This document shows positions 28,097 through 38,167 of a DNA stretch of 64,000 nt, piece by piece. The notes beneath the pieces were generated by a model. The model was not told the DNA's origin, ran no database searches, and was given only the letters and a program-made list of their open reading frames with translations. The stretch covers positions 224,001-288,000 of the forward strand of contig OY762825.2 in assembly GCA_963666425.2 (NCBI GenBank), in the 5' to 3' direction. Origin of the DNA: Bacillota bacterium (GTDB lineage: Bacteria > Bacillota > JAAYKD01). The position numbers were made by a program, and so were the translations under genes. The first letter of the stretch is position 1; each line of letters opens with the position of its first letter.

Positions 28097-28891
28097 TTAA
28101 CCGAAACGTCCTGTGATATAGTCTTCGGTGCGTTTGTCTTTGGGATTGGAAAAGAGCTGGGCCGTAGGTGCATACTCGACCAGAGTTCCCGCTTTATCCT
28201 GATCCATCATCATAAAAGCGGACATGTCTGATACGCGGACGGCTTGTTCCATATTATGCGTCACAATTACGATGGTATAATCACGTGCCAATTCCTGCAT
28301 GAGATCTTCTATTTTCATCGTAGATGCCGGATCCAGCGCGCTGCACGATTCATCCATCAGAATCACTTCGGGTTCCACAGCCAATGCGCGTGCGATACAG
28401 AGGCGCTGCTGTTGGCCGGGAGCAAGTTCAAAAGCAGAGTGTTTTAAATTGTCTTTCACTTCCTGCCAAAGGGCTACTTGACGCAAACTCCGCTCAACTA
28501 TATCAGTCAACTCAGCTGGGTCACTGATGTTATGATGTTTCGGACCGAAAGCGATATTATCAAAAACGGACATGGGAAAAGGATTTGGTCTTTGAAAAAC
28601 CATACCTACTTTTTTTCTTAACGCAACCACGTCTGTGTTCTTTTCGTAAATAGATGTACCGTCGAGACGAACGATTCCTGCTACTCGGACACCTGGGATT
28701 TGATCGTTCATACGGTTAAAAAGACGCAGCAATGAAGATTTGCCGCAGCCAGATGGGCCAATGATTGCTGTGATAGAACAGCTACGAATCGCAATCGTCA
28801 CGTCTTTTAAAGCATGAAAACTGCCATAATAAAGATTCACCGCTTCGGTAGAAAGTTTAATAGGCTGCTTGCTCAAAATTAGGTCATCCAT
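28097..28891 (-). CDS. pstB: Phosphate ABC ATPase PstB with degenerate signature motif
   Basis: GPSGCGKS, MVFQRPNPFP, ILMDE, VTHNM, TEDYITGRFG; signature reads LAPGQ. Confidence 0.93.
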   Translation of the reverse strand: MDDLILSKQPIKLSTEAVNLYYGSFHALKDVTIAIRSCSITAIIGPSGCGKSSLLRLFNRMNDQIPGVRVAGIVRLDGTSIYEKNTDVVALRKKVGMVFQRPNPFPMSVFDNIAFGPKHHNISDPAELTDIVERSLRQVALWQEVKDNLKHSAFELAPGQQQRLCIARALAVEPEVILMDESCSALDPASTMKIEDLMQELARDYTIVIVTHNMEQAVRVSDMSAFMMMDQDKAGTLVEYAPTAQLFSNPKDKRTEDYITGRFG

Positions 28892-28951
28892 ATCTTACCC
28901 TCACGTTGTTTCTTATCGAATAGTTTAAAAGAAATGATTTTAGATAGATTT

Positions 28952-28985
28952 ATTATAGCAAAGAATCTAAATAAAGTCTATAGAA
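28952..28985 (-). promoter_or_regulatory. Putative pho-box-like 11-bp direct repeat upstream of a TATAAT
   Basis: Minus strand TTCTATAGACT-TTATTTAGATT followed by TG-C-TATAAT, upstream of the pst operon. Confidence 0.45.
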
Positions 28986-29175
28986 ACACACGGTTGTATT
29001 TCTTCATCACGTTCGAAGCTGGCAAACCCGGTTACATGTTCACACGATAATTTCTAGTCCGCTTCTTTAATATTGATGGCATGCTCTGAACGAGAAAACC
29101 AGTCAGAAAACAGTCATCCTTTCTTTGCAGCTTGCTGTTAAATAAAAAACATCAGAATTCTTCAATATTTTTTAA

Positions 29176-29223
29176 TTGACATAATGTATATTATAATATA
29201 CACTATGTTTGTTTTGAAATACA
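29176..29223 (+). promoter_or_regulatory. sigmaA promoter overlapped by two TGT-N12-ACA operators
   Basis: TTGACA-17-TACACT; perfect 18-bp palindrome TGTATATTATAATATACA (29185-29202) and a second site at 29206-29223. Confidence 0.75.
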
Positions 29224-29248
29224 TATAGTAAAAAGGAGTGAGCTTACG

Positions 29249-29767
29249 ATGTCACATCAAGAAAAAAGAACTCTCGTTTCAGTCTTAGCTGAAACAGCAA
29301 TTTTAATCACCTATTGTATCTATGCAGCAGAAAAGGCTCAAACTAGTTCAGCAATGCCGGTTGATCTGAAATCTTGGGCAATGGCAATCTTAACCTTCCT
29401 CAGCATTGGCATTGCAGCCATGATAATCATTCAGATTATCTTTCACATTCTGCTTTCGATTTCACTGGCTATCACAGAACAAGTAAAACACGGTACCTGC
29501 AATGATCCTGACCTCGAGAAGAAAATTGGTAAATCGATCAAACTTGAGATGGCAGAAGACGAAATGGATGAGTTGATTGGTCTAAAATCATCGCGGATTG
29601 GCTTTGCTGTCGTCAGTCTGGGATTTATTGCTGCTTTGCTTGCGCTTATTTTCAATTACTCCTCGGTAGTAATGCTGAACACTTTGTTTATTTCTTTTAT
29701 CGTCGCAACCATGTCGGATGGCTTAACGCAGATTTATTTTTATCATAGCGGAGTCAAAAATGGCTAA
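29249..29767 (+). CDS. Four-TM membrane protein (DUF2178-like)
   Basis: Hydrophobic helices with DEMDELI motif; coupled to XRE gene. Confidence 0.7.
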   Translation: MSHQEKRTLVSVLAETAILITYCIYAAEKAQTSSAMPVDLKSWAMAILTFLSIGIAAMIIIQIIFHILLSISLAITEQVKHGTCNDPDLEKKIGKSIKLEMAEDEMDELIGLKSSRIGFAVVSLGFIAALLALIFNYSSVVMLNTLFISFIVATMSDGLTQIYFYHSGVKNG

Positions 29768-29990
29768 GAAATATCTAATTACCAACAACATTAGAAAATT
29801 GCGTTTCTTTGCCAATGAAATGACGCAGCTGCAGTTGGCAGAAAAAGCAGGAGCTTCCAGGCAGACCATCATAGCAATTGAAGCAGGAAAATACTCTCCT
29901 TCACTGGAACTCGCTTTTCGCATCGCTGACGCTTTTGATCTGCAAATCGGTGATGTTTTTCAGTGTGAAGTGAAAGAGAATGAGATTTAA
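29760..29990 (+). CDS. XRE-family HTH regulator
   Basis: MTQLQLAEKAGASRQTIIAIEAGKYSPSLELAFRIA. Confidence 0.92.
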   Translation: MAKKYLITNNIRKLRFFANEMTQLQLAEKAGASRQTIIAIEAGKYSPSLELAFRIADAFDLQIGDVFQCEVKENEI

Positions 29991-30072
29991 GCATGCTCTG
30001 GTTGGGCTTAAATCTTTTCAAGTGCTTTACGACTGAGCAACTGTCAAATTACTGAATGGAGAGGTACAGATC

Positions 30073-31521
30073 ATGACGCAAAAAAAGGTAATTCTCATTG
30101 GCGGGGGCATGGCGGGCTTAACGGCTGCTGCTTACCTTATTCGCGCCGGATTGTCTGTAACAATTTATGAACAGCAAAGCCAAGCCGGTGGCTATATTTC
30201 TACTTTCCAGCGCAAGGGATTCATTTTTCCTGCCGGACCTAGCAGTTTTGGTTCAAACGGTGTCATCTTCCCTATTCTACAGGAACTAGGTTTGGCGGAA
30301 AAACAACGCTTTATCCCTGTCTATCATCAAATCAGTTGGGCTCAGCATGATATACCACTCAGAAACCCAAAACAGACCAGAGAAGCACTGGCGAATTGTT
30401 TTCCGGTTGAAAAATCCGCCTTGCGGCTATATTTCCGTTGGGTGGAGCACGGTGCTGCCGCCTTCCATGATTCACTAAAGAGTGGCATGATGTTTGGTCG
30501 TCATGTATTTAAATCCCTCCTGCTGACATCCATCCAACATCCTTTTTTTCTTTGGGCTGCTGCTGTTGCCAACAGACACACCAATCGCAGTCTGCATGAG
30601 CACTATTTCCAAAACGGTTTGTTGCGGCAATTATTGAATCAGCTTGGTTATCCAGTGATGTCAGGTAAAAATACATTGGGCATGTGGGCATCTTTCTACT
30701 ACGATTCTTGGCAGCCAACCGGTGGCATGCAAGCCTTTGCCGATCTCTTTGTCCATTATATCCAAGAAAAAGGCGGCGAACTTCGGTTTGGAACACGCAT
30801 CAAACGAATCAGAATAGAAAACGGTCAAGCCACAGGAGTGGAATTACCAAATGGAGAATTCATTGCTGCCGATTGGATTATCTCCGCAATCGATCTAAAG
30901 AAGACTTGTACAGAATTATTGGATGTGCAGTTCATCCCTGCTGCCATGTCCGCCAAATTGAACAGAGCTCATGCTTCCGAGTCGGTCTTTTCTGTCTACT
31001 TAGGTTTAGAAAACTCTTCGGAGTTGACAGCTGTTTTGCAGCGTTTTCAGGAAAGTCATGTTGTTTTTACCTGTGCAGATGGTAAATATCTACAGATCGT
31101 TTGGCTGAATAAAGACGATGCAACGGTAGCTCCCCCAGGTAAACAGTCTTTGTATCTTGGTTTCCTTAGCCCCTATGAAGATTGGCAGTTGCTTAAAGAC
31201 AATCACGAAGCCTATTTACAACAAAAAGCAGCTTACAGCCATGAGCTTATCGCACGGGCTGAAGAATTTTTACCGGGTTTGCAAAAACACATTGAGGTAA
31301 TCGACGCTGCCTCGCCACTGACCTATGAACGCTATACCGGTAATTGGCACGGCAGCACAGCAGGGTGGAATTGGGACCCTCAATATGCCCCACATTTCAA
31401 ATTTCCAGAGGATCTGCCGATCAAGAATTTCTATTCAATTGGTCATACTGTATTTAACCCGGGTGGTGTTCCTACCGCTATGATCACGGCTTGGTATATT
31501 GCGAAAAACATCATCGGCTAA
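30073..31521 (+). CDS. Phytoene desaturase-family FAD oxidoreductase
   Basis: IGGGMAGL, GGYISTF.RKG, PTGGMQ, SPLTYERYT, PGGVP. Confidence 0.85.
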   Translation: MTQKKVILIGGGMAGLTAAAYLIRAGLSVTIYEQQSQAGGYISTFQRKGFIFPAGPSSFGSNGVIFPILQELGLAEKQRFIPVYHQISWAQHDIPLRNPKQTREALANCFPVEKSALRLYFRWVEHGAAAFHDSLKSGMMFGRHVFKSLLLTSIQHPFFLWAAAVANRHTNRSLHEHYFQNGLLRQLLNQLGYPVMSGKNTLGMWASFYYDSWQPTGGMQAFADLFVHYIQEKGGELRFGTRIKRIRIENGQATGVELPNGEFIAADWIISAIDLKKTCTELLDVQFIPAAMSAKLNRAHASESVFSVYLGLENSSELTAVLQRFQESHVVFTCADGKYLQIVWLNKDDATVAPPGKQSLYLGFLSPYEDWQLLKDNHEAYLQQKAAYSHELIARAEEFLPGLQKHIEVIDAASPLTYERYTGNWHGSTAGWNWDPQYAPHFKFPEDLPIKNFYSIGHTVFNPGGVPTAMITAWYIAKNIIG

Positions 31522-31628
31522 ATCAGACTAAAATAGATAAATTTAAAAACGGTAAAGAGCTACAAATCAGCTTCTTTACCGTTTTTAGGATTCCATTCCA
31601 TAGTTTTTCAATTGAAAGCAAAGATGTA

Positions 31629-32054
31629 CTAAGCTGCTTGCTTCCATCTGAAAGCAAGCACGAAGATTGCTAAATTCCCAAGAATTTCTATCGCTGAGAA
31701 AAAAGCGTAGTGAAGTGCTATATTTCCTATAAATAAAGATCCCACTTGGTAGAGAATCATCAGGCTGGAAGCTGCCATATTCGTGATCCGGTTGGCTTTA
31801 TAAGGCAGAATATTGGCTAAGAACAGCATGAGGAATGGAATCTCAAGTGAAAGACCGGCAATGAGCAAAAATCCCTGTGTCACAGGGATTCCTTCGATAT
31901 TACCAGCTAACATCATCCGTAACATCGACGCATCCATACTTGTTAAGACATCACAAAAAATGTAGTTGAGCGAGAGAACGACCCAAATCTTTGATATGAG
32001 TTTTGCCATGTGATCATTGAGCATAGTGGTGAGTTTACTTTGTACTTTCAGCAT
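31629..32054 (-). CDS. Small membrane protein (DUF6326-like)
   Basis: W..L.LNYIFCDVL, EIPFLM, LPYKANR; 4 TM. Confidence 0.7.
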   Translation of the reverse strand: MLKVQSKLTTMLNDHMAKLISKIWVVLSLNYIFCDVLTSMDASMLRMMLAGNIEGIPVTQGFLLIAGLSLEIPFLMLFLANILPYKANRITNMAASSLMILYQVGSLFIGNIALHYAFFSAIEILGNLAIFVLAFRWKQAA

Positions 32055-32115
32055 TGAACATCCTCGTTTCGTAGTTTTCTTGACACAAGAATACCAACTG
32101 CGAGGAGCTTATAAC

Positions 32116-32131
32116 ACCTACTAAAGTAGGT
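32116..32131. promoter_or_regulatory. 7-2-7 palindrome, probable operator of the adjacent LuxR/MalT-like activator
   Basis: ACCTACT-AA-AGTAGGT about 60 bp upstream of the 32054 start. Confidence 0.6.
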
Positions 32132-32159
32132 TCTTTCGTTCTGAAAAGGAGGGGTCTCT

Positions 32160-34523
32160 CTATAATATTCCTAATTCTTTCGCTCTGGCAACGGCTTCAG
32201 TCCGGCGCTTTACTTGTAACTTGCCATAGATTGTTTGATTATAGCCCTTCACGGTGTTCAGCGCTAAAAAAAGTGTATTGCAAATTTCTTGATTAGATAA
32301 CCCAGCTGCGATATACGATAATACCTCCATTTCTCTTATCGTGAGGGGCTCGAGGAGGTTACGGTTAGCAGACTCTCTTTTCAGCAGAGGTTCTTCTTTC
32401 AAGAAGAGTTTGTTGCTGTCTGCAGCCATAAAACCCTGTCGAGAAGTTACTTTTTCACTTGCAGTCATGGATGTTTGTGCGAGACGGACGGAAGCTTCTG
32501 CCTGCTCAATCATGGTTTCCATCTCATCGAACGTAATTTCATTCGGCATAGGATTAGCAAAATAGTTCGCTTTACTTTCTCTGATGCAATCCCGTGCTAA
32601 ATCATAAAAGCCTTCATTGCAATAAATTCTAGCAAGCAAGAGATAATATTTATATTTCCAGTCTCCAAGAGCGTATTTTTGACCATAAATCTTACTTTCT
32701 TCTAGTAGTGCATAAGCGGATGGATATTCGTCTTGTAAAAATGCTGCTTTAGCCAAATCCATAAAAAGGCTGGCAAGAAAAATAGGCTGCTTTTCCTTTT
32801 GAACCTTTATTATCAACTGGTTCAATAATTCATTTGCTTCCATAAAGCGTTTTTGTTGTAGATACAATTCAGCGAGAACCATGCAGATGCCATTGTACGC
32901 CAAAGAATTTCCCATTTTATCAATATCCTGTAGAGATTGTAGAATCACTGCTTCGGCTTCGGATAAATCACCGATACTCCAATGCGCGACAGCCAACATC
33001 ATCGCTGCAAGAGCACGTTTTTGCTGCTGATCACGGGGAATCAGCAGCAAAGCATTGCGGGTATGCTCGAAAATACCATCAATATCGCCTCTAGCAGCAG
33101 CGATATACCCGCGTGCAGATGCGATCGTCGCTGGTAATAGCTCAAACTGAAGCATATCGTTGATCAGAATACCTTCCGGATGTTCTGTCGATTGATACTG
33201 ATCATACAAAAGCATTGCCTTGTCAAACCAAATTGCGCAGCTTTCGATATCTCCTAGATCGAGTAAAGCCCAACCATACCCCATAGTAAGCACAGGGCTT
33301 CTCTCGATGATCTCTATAGGCAATAGCTTCACCATGTTAAGCCAAGTTGCTGGTTGAAGTTGAAGGTCCATTTCAACCCATTTGCACTCAATCAAGGCTG
33401 CGGCTTCCGCATAGGCATTTGCCTCTAGGAAGTGATGAATCGCTTCCTGATCCAATCTTTCCTTTTTGAACCAACAGCCAGCTCGATAATGCAGCTGATC
33501 GAGCTCTGTTTTCGGGGTGTGTTCTATACTTTGCCGAAGCAGTTCCCTAAAAAGAGGATGATATCGATACCACTTCGATGATGAATCAGTGGAAACAATA
33601 AAACAATTGGTTTTCACGAGTTTCCTGATCAAAGTACTTGCTGCATTCGGTTCGAGTTGAATCACAGTTTCACAAAGTTCAGACGAAAAATAATCGAATA
33701 GAGATGTTTTCAGCAAAAAATTCTTCATTTCCGAGGTTTGACGGTCAAGTACTTCTTCAATCAAATAGTCCATAATATACGAATGGCTTCCAGTGAATGC
33801 CTCAATAAATCTATCTACATCCTTAAGCCCCTGCATCGAGAGTGCGGCTAACTGTAAACCGGCAATCCAACCTTCTGTCCGTATGATCAAATGCTGTAAC
33901 TGCAACTCTTCCAATACAAGGTTTGGTTGTTGTAAAAAAAAAGTTCTTACCTCTGTTTCAGTAAATCGTAGTTGTGAAATTCTGAGTTCAAAAAGCTTCT
34001 TGCTCGCTCGCAGTTTGGCCAGTGGGAAAGGAGGGTCTTCTCTACTGATCAGGATGACTTGCATCAATTGCGGTAAATGTTCCAGTAGGGTTCGAAACAT
34101 TTGATGGATTTGTTGGCTTTGGATGACATGATAATCGTCAATGACCATGATGAAAGGATGAGCAACGCTATGCAGCTGAGTGACAAAAACCCGGATTAAC
34201 ATCTCTGGTCCGATGGATGGAAAAGCATCCAGAAGTTGTTCCAGCGCTTCAGCTGCCTGTCTGTCGATCGATTTCATGCCAGCGGCAATATAAGCCAGAA
34301 ATTGCGTTATATCATTATCCCATTCATCGAGTGAATACCAACAATACGGTTTCTTCTGTTCGGAAAGCCAGGCAGAAACAATTGTCGATTTACCAGAGCC
34401 AGCCTGAGCAGACACCAGAATGACATTTGCTGAAGAGCAGCCCTTGAGGAGATCTGTTCTTGCAATGATGTGATCGGGCAATTGAGGTTTCTCTAATTTT
34501 GCAGACAATATAGAAAAAGTCAT
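32160..34523 (-). CDS. MalT-like large ATP-binding LuxR (LAL/STAND) regulator
   Basis: AQAGSGKS, IDDYH, TEGWIAGLQL, YRYHPLF, C-terminal LuxR HTH. Confidence 0.92.
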   Translation of the reverse strand: MTFSILSAKLEKPQLPDHIIARTDLLKGCSSANVILVSAQAGSGKSTIVSAWLSEQKKPYCWYSLDEWDNDITQFLAYIAAGMKSIDRQAAEALEQLLDAFPSIGPEMLIRVFVTQLHSVAHPFIMVIDDYHVIQSQQIHQMFRTLLEHLPQLMQVILISREDPPFPLAKLRASKKLFELRISQLRFTETEVRTFFLQQPNLVLEELQLQHLIIRTEGWIAGLQLAALSMQGLKDVDRFIEAFTGSHSYIMDYLIEEVLDRQTSEMKNFLLKTSLFDYFSSELCETVIQLEPNAASTLIRKLVKTNCFIVSTDSSSKWYRYHPLFRELLRQSIEHTPKTELDQLHYRAGCWFKKERLDQEAIHHFLEANAYAEAAALIECKWVEMDLQLQPATWLNMVKLLPIEIIERSPVLTMGYGWALLDLGDIESCAIWFDKAMLLYDQYQSTEHPEGILINDMLQFELLPATIASARGYIAAARGDIDGIFEHTRNALLLIPRDQQQKRALAAMMLAVAHWSIGDLSEAEAVILQSLQDIDKMGNSLAYNGICMVLAELYLQQKRFMEANELLNQLIIKVQKEKQPIFLASLFMDLAKAAFLQDEYPSAYALLEESKIYGQKYALGDWKYKYYLLLARIYCNEGFYDLARDCIRESKANYFANPMPNEITFDEMETMIEQAEASVRLAQTSMTASEKVTSRQGFMAADSNKLFLKEEPLLKRESANRNLLEPLTIREMEVLSYIAAGLSNQEICNTLFLALNTVKGYNQTIYGKLQVKRRTEAVARAKELGIL

Positions 34524-34665
34524 ACTTTTCCTCCATTCACATCATAGATTCTGGTTTCGGATTCGTTCATTATTTGCCGCACTATTTTGCATCTATAAAC
34601 TGCTCCAATTATACAAATTGAAGATCAGGTTGTAAAGTAAAATATTGGTATTTTGCTCTACTATA

Positions 34666-34720
34666 AAAATTAACCATGGGTAGATAAATCCGTGAAAGAC
34701 TTATCTAACCATAGTTAATT
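34666..34720. terminator. Long imperfect inverted repeat downstream of the DUF4153 gene
   Basis: AAATTAACCATGGGTAGATAA / TTATCTAACCATAGTTAATTT. Confidence 0.5.
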
Positions 34721-34793
34721 TAAAAAAGAGATGGCGAGGCTTTGTCTCGCTCAACGAGGTAGACCGCAATTTTGCTTGTGTGGAATTTTTGCA

Positions 34794-36092
34794 CTAATAT
34801 AGATGCAGCAGCGCCAAAGTCACACCGCTAAAAAGCAGCCAGGGCCTCATCGATTTTTTACCGCTCCACAGAGAATAAACCGCAGCAAGACATGCGAGGA
34901 ACAAAACACTGACCAGCCAGCTGCTCAGCAAGCGAAGCGGAGTGAAGCCAAAATTGCTGATGTAGAGGAACAGCTTGGAAAGAGCGGTGAGGGAAAAAAG
35001 GATGCTCTCGCTCAGCAACAGCGTAGACATCAAGCGTAACGCGCGATGCTGACGAATAGCACTGTCACAACTCAAAACAACGAACAAGAGCAATGTGAAA
35101 TTCAAGGTTAAAATCCCGCAGAGTTCAAAAAAGCCTTGTCGTGCGTATTGAGCAACGGTGAAGTCTGCCGGTAAGTGATGCAGAAAAGCTCCAAACAAAT
35201 AGGAACCTTGTATCAGAAAAAAAGACAGATAGAGCAGCGAAAAAGCAGCTAAAAAAAACAACCAGATTTTAGCCGGTATCTTGCGCAGTGATTCGACGAT
35301 TTTCAAAATAGCCGTTTTTTGTACCTGCAATTGCTCTGCTTCTACTTTCTGTAGACCAATTACCAAGCTATACAAATAGGCGCCAATTGGCAGACTGATC
35401 AGAAAGCGCATTAAAATTTCGTTGAAATTGTCAATTTGAAAAAAACGCAGAACATTCCCGAATATATGATCAAAAAAAGGATCCGCTGCCGAAAGCAGTG
35501 TTGCAGCCAAATAGAAAAGTAAGAGTGATAAAATACAAACAATCAAGATTCCACCTTTCACTGCGGCAGAATCCTTGCTCCTCATTTTATCATTAACCAA
35601 AGTCCAGATCATGCGTAAACGCAGAAAGAATCGCTGAAACGGCAATAGAATGAGACCATTGAACAGGTCGATTACCGCAAAAATTCCCGTCTCCCCTTCC
35701 AACATGCGGCTTGAGCGAGTAAGCAGCCAATAAACTGCATAAAGATGGAGAATCCAGATGGCAGCGTAGCCTAAAATCTGGTTTCTGCCAAATACATAAC
35801 CAACTACACCGAGCCAAAGACAACCCAGCCAAACAAAGCTTTCCCAGCTTGCTTTTCGTTCATGGTAAACCAGTTCCGTAGCCAGAGAGAATCCAAAGAC
35901 AAAAATGACTAAAAACAATTTACTGTAGTGATTCTGGCTTGTGAAAATATAAGTATAGAGATAGGCAAGCAGATAACTGATCGGCAACGCAGCTTTTTCT
36001 AGGAAAGAAGGAACAAGTGTTGTCGTGGATTCACTTTGCGCGAACAGCCGGTTCAATTTAGCTGCTTCGCTGTTATTGCTTTTAAGATCCAT
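34794..36092 (-). CDS. DUF4153/DUF4173 membrane protein
   Basis: LLSAADPFF, YARQGFFEL, YISNFGFTPLR; ATG 36092 has a GGAG RBS. Confidence 0.82.
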   Translation of the reverse strand: MDLKSNNSEAAKLNRLFAQSESTTTLVPSFLEKAALPISYLLAYLYTYIFTSQNHYSKLFLVIFVFGFSLATELVYHERKASWESFVWLGCLWLGVVGYVFGRNQILGYAAIWILHLYAVYWLLTRSSRMLEGETGIFAVIDLFNGLILLPFQRFFLRLRMIWTLVNDKMRSKDSAAVKGGILIVCILSLLLFYLAATLLSAADPFFDHIFGNVLRFFQIDNFNEILMRFLISLPIGAYLYSLVIGLQKVEAEQLQVQKTAILKIVESLRKIPAKIWLFFLAAFSLLYLSFFLIQGSYLFGAFLHHLPADFTVAQYARQGFFELCGILTLNFTLLLFVVLSCDSAIRQHRALRLMSTLLLSESILFSLTALSKLFLYISNFGFTPLRLLSSWLVSVLFLACLAAVYSLWSGKKSMRPWLLFSGVTLALLHLY

Positions 36093-36136
36093 TTCAATTC
36101 TCCGTTCTGTTTTTTTATTGTGCAATAGAGGACAAT

Positions 36137-36349
36137 TTATAAAATGTCATCCCGAAATTCTAAAATATCACCCGGTTGGCATTGCAATTCGTGACATAGT
36201 GCCATTAAAGTGGAAAAGCGAATCGCTTTGGCTCTGCTGTTTTTCAGAATAGATAAGTTTGCCGGGGTAATTCCTACCCGTTCGGCAAGCTCGCCAGCGG
36301 AGATTTTTCGCTTGGCCATCATCACATCGAGATTCACGATAATTTCCAT
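36137..36349 (-). CDS. YozG-like Cro/C1 HTH regulator
   Basis: LDVMMAKRK..ELAERVGIT.ANLSILK..AKAIRFSTL..C.PGDIL. Confidence 0.92.
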   Translation of the reverse strand: MEIIVNLDVMMAKRKISAGELAERVGITPANLSILKNSRAKAIRFSTLMALCHELQCQPGDILEFRDDIL

Positions 36350-36361
36350 TTCAAATCCCCT

Positions 36362-36817
36362 TCAAACCGTAAAATCCAATTCTTCTTGCATGGCGCGGGC
36401 TTGTTCAAACACATTCTTCACGATGCGGACGATTAGTCCAACAAAACCAGCCGCAATTGCAATTAGCATCATCGGAAGGTATAAAAATGCACTGGTAAAA
36501 CCAATGGTGCAGACTGCAAAGCAGCACCAGCTCGTCGTCCGCAGGTAACGAACATTATCAACCTGAAAAATAACCCCTGCTTTCATATTCTGCAGCAGTT
36601 TCCAGAGTGAAAAAAGTAAGATCCAAGCAAATATACTGCAGGAATAAATGACCGCAAAGAGCATGCCGCTATTTTGCAGGCCACCAAGAAGAACAGGGAT
36701 ACTGATCAACCAAGAAACCAACCAGTAGGCTCCAAAATCAATGACAGCTAAAAGAACTGCAAATGCGATGATACAGAGGCGGGACAAGAGAATGCTTTTG
36801 TTCTGATTCCAATTCAT
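36362..36817 (-). CDS. DUF2975 (YoaS-like) membrane protein
   Basis: IF..DNVRYL and C-terminal A..MQEELDFTV; paired with a yozG-like gene. Confidence 0.85.
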   Translation of the reverse strand: MNWNQNKSILLSRLCIIAFAVLLAVIDFGAYWLVSWLISIPVLLGGLQNSGMLFAVIYSCSIFAWILLFSLWKLLQNMKAGVIFQVDNVRYLRTTSWCCFAVCTIGFTSAFLYLPMMLIAIAAGFVGLIVRIVKNVFEQARAMQEELDFTV

Positions 36818-36967
36818 CGTATAACCTCCCCTCAAGAATTGAACCTAATATAACACGGCGCTTGTTGATTGTCAATATATATATATTGTTTATCGATAAT
36901 TATTTTGTTGAAAAAATGCAAAACGGAAATTTCACCGAATTCGTTGTTTTATCTCACAAGAGATAAA

Positions 36968-37029
36968 AAGACTCCCCTTTTCTATCAACCTGACTGTTTA
37001 CTGTCAAGTTGATAGAAAAGAGGAGTCTT
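36968..37029 (-). terminator. Long hairpin terminator
   Basis: AAGACTCCCCTTTTCTATCAAC / GTTGATAGAAAAGAGGAGTCTT arms. Confidence 0.7.
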
Positions 37030-37069
37030 GTAATTTATGCGTTTAGAGTGTAATCTTTGCGTAGCTTTG

Positions 37070-38167
37070 TTAGTAGCTGCTTTTCGCCGCAGCAGCGTTA
37101 TATTCTTGTATCAATGTCTTGACTAATTCCTGCACCGATACGATTTTATCTGTCCGATAGGCATTGGCCCCGGCAAATGCAAAACCGTGCTTCATTCTGC
37201 CCTTTTTCGCATTGATCAATGCCAGCGAAATACAGTAAGGACTGGTTTGATAATTGCAGGTGCTGATACAATGGAACGGGCAGACAAAGGGTTTCTTTTC
37301 ACCAGCACTCACATCCTGCAGAAATTCATTGATGATTGCGCGTCCTGGCATACCGACAGGGCTTTGGATAATGCCAATATCCTCCGCTTGACAGGCAAGA
37401 TAAGTCTTTTTAAATTCCAGCGAGGCATCACATTCCTCTGTTGTCACAAAACGAGTCGCCATTTGCACACCGGCGGCACCCAATTGAAGCATTTGGTAAA
37501 TGTCTTCTCCGCTATAAATACCGCCTGCGGCGATAACCGGTATCGCTTTTCCTGTCAAAGCTTCAATTCTTTTTGTCTCGGTGATGACTTCCGGCACGAT
37601 TTTTTCCAGCTGGTAATTTGGGTCCGCAAGCTGTTCGATCTTAAAGCCCAGGTGACCGCCTGCTTTCGGTCCTTCTACGACAATAGCATCCGGTGGATAG
37701 TTGTATTTTTCCATCCAAATTTTCGCAATTAGTTTGACCGCTCTTGCGGAAGAAACAATCGGTGCCAGCTTGGTTTTACTGGACGGAGTCAGAAAAGAAG
37801 GCAGAGTTAAGGGAAGCCCGGCTCCTGAAATGATCAGATCAACGCCTTCGTCTATTGCGGTTTTTACCATATCTGTAAAATTCGAAGAAGCCACCATGAT
37901 ATTTACACCAAGTACCCCATTGCTCAACGTCCGGGCCAACCTGATTTCTTTTCTTAACGCTCTGATGTTTGCTTCTAAATAGTTCGTGGTAAAATCGGGT
38001 TCCGACATGCCAATACCGGCAGTGGAAATCACCCCGATACCACCCTGGTTGGCTACGGCCGAGGCTAATCCGCTTAAAGAGATACCTACCCCCATGCCGC
38101 CTTGAATGATCGGTAATTTTACTGGTAAGTCACCGATGGTTAAGCTAGGTCCACTCCAAGAAATCAT
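37070..38167 (-). CDS. Nitronate monooxygenase/FabK-superfamily flavoprotein, FabX-like
   Basis: PIIQGGMGVGIS, EGPKAGGHLG, AAGGI, and Cys cluster CPFHCISTC..YCI. Confidence 0.85.
   Translation of the reverse strand: MISWSGPSLTIGDLPVKLPIIQGGMGVGISLSGLASAVANQGGIGVISTAGIGMSEPDFTTNYLEANIRALRKEIRLARTLSNGVLGVNIMVASSNFTDMVKTAIDEGVDLIISGAGLPLTLPSFLTPSSKTKLAPIVSSARAVKLIAKIWMEKYNYPPDAIVVEGPKAGGHLGFKIEQLADPNYQLEKIVPEVITETKRIEALTGKAIPVIAAGGIYSGEDIYQMLQLGAAGVQMATRFVTTEECDASLEFKKTYLACQAEDIGIIQSPVGMPGRAIINEFLQDVSAGEKKPFVCPFHCISTCNYQTSPYCISLALINAKKGRMKHGFAFAGANAYRTDKIVSVQELVKTLIQEYNAAAAKSSY

Noticed and set aside
29021-29040. GGCAAACC c-di-GMP-I riboswitch seed
   Set aside because: No GNRA hairpin or downstream GCAAAG/P2 elements
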